From positions 79,158 through 143,157 of the forward strand of contig CAWGJL010000016.1 in assembly GCA_963822765.1 (NCBI GenBank): a DNA stretch of 64,000 nucleotides, written 5' to 3'. The translations under genes and the position numbers were made by a program. Under the pieces are notes generated by a model that worked only from the letters and a program-made list of their open reading frames with translations, did not search any database and was not told where the DNA came from. This DNA comes from an uncultured Actinomycetes bacterium (GTDB taxonomy: Bacteria > Actinomycetota > Actinomycetes > Streptosporangiales > Streptosporangiaceae). Below, one piece after another: positions 63,389 through 64,000 of the stretch (positions are counted from its first letter, which is position 1; each line of letters opens with the position of its first letter).

Positions 63389-63953
63389 CCGCGAATAACG
63401 GCTCCCGGCCGGTGAACGCGATCAGCCGCTCCAGGGCGGTAGCCGACGGCCCGGCCGGCACCTCGGCGGCAAAGCTGCGGCCGCGCTTATCCGGGGTGAT
63501 CAGCAAGCGGGCCCGCCCCAGCACGTAATCCGCGACCTCCGGCGCCACGTCGATCTCGGACCCGGTCGCCCGGGCCAGGTCCCAGCCGTGCACGAGCAGT
63601 TCCAGCGGGATGATCTCCACGGCCAGGCTGGCGGGCAGCGTGCTGCGCCCCACCGCCACCGAACCATCCACCCCCCGCTGCCGCCAGGCCTCCAGCGCCG
63701 CCCCGGCACTCGCCGTCACCCGTTCCTCCAGCGAGCCCGAAGCCGACCCGCCAGCAGGCCCCCCAGCAGGCCCCTCAGCAAGCCCCCCAGCCACCGAGCC
63801 CAGCAGCACCATGGACCGCACCACGTGCTCACCGACCTCGCCGACCGTGTACTCCGAGCACGGGCTAGGCCGGCCCAGGTCGTCCGCGGTGAGCCGCCCC
63901 AGCACCGGACGGCAGGCCGCCAGCGTCACCGACGCGCACTCGAAGGCATCCAT
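63369..63953 (-). CDS. Mycothiol-dependent maleylpyruvate-isomerase-like (DinB/TIGR03086-type) protein
   Basis: LTADDLGRPSPCSEYTVGEVGEHV and LELLVHGWDLARATG. Confidence 0.8.
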   Translation of the reverse strand: MDAFECASVTLAACRPVLGRLTADDLGRPSPCSEYTVGEVGEHVVRSMVLLGSVAGGLAEGPAGGPAGGSASGSLEERVTASAGAALEAWRQRGVDGSVAVGRSTLPASLAVEIIPLELLVHGWDLARATGSEIDVAPEVADYVLGRARLLITPDKRGRSFAAEVPAGPSATALERLIAFTGREPLFAVSRRSR

Positions 63954-64000
63954 AACTCGTCCGCCGCGGAAAGCCCGCCCGGGGACATCCGCTGGGCCAG

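Overview
This is a 64-kb chromosomal segment from a very high-GC actinobacterium. The assignment rests on GC3 near saturation in most genes and on mycothiol-type, LLM/F420-type, Holin-X, PspC-kinase and DUF1707 genes. I support about 60 protein-coding genes and found no rRNA, tRNA or CRISPR. The content is accessory metabolism and envelope stress.

Gene content, in order:
- livG/livF ABC ATPases
- a decayed GH2 beta-galactosidase, a GH63-like glucosidase and an SGNH lipase
- a six-gene operon (9432-16465)
- an AT-rich islet with one orphan membrane protein next to an IS701-like remnant
- a PspC-type two-component module
- a GntR/HutC-controlled permease, choline-kinase-like and dimethylglycine-dehydrogenase-like locus
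- a split transketolase plus crotonase
- a Holin-X/DUF3618/YihY triad
- many small-molecule enzymes (OYE reductase, LLM, SDR, TIM-barrel isomerase, VOC, epimerase, APH kinase, GNAT)
- five NTF2/SnoaL-like paralogs
- a sugar-type ABC transporter

Most interesting observations:
1. The translationally coupled operon at 9432-16465 joins a split phenylphosphate-synthase/PEP-synthase-like kinase to a pyruvate-carboxylase-type biotin carboxylase and a HAD phosphatase. I know of no characterised enzyme system with this composition.
2. The AT-rich islet at about 17160-19400 carries an unclassifiable 417-aa membrane protein.
3. A 10 x 39-bp (13-aa) repeat ORF lies at 23231-23650.
4. Two families of short conserved intergenic elements recur: a 20-nt CCGAACGG-ACCGTGGTACC motif present four times, and a 24-nt identical TGAAACCCGGGTTTCA palindrome element.
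5. Apparent frameshifts are unusually dense, affecting at least five genes.

All calls come from reading the ORF translations and the DNA by eye. No database search was run. Family names are recognitions of sequence motifs, and start codons are best guesses.
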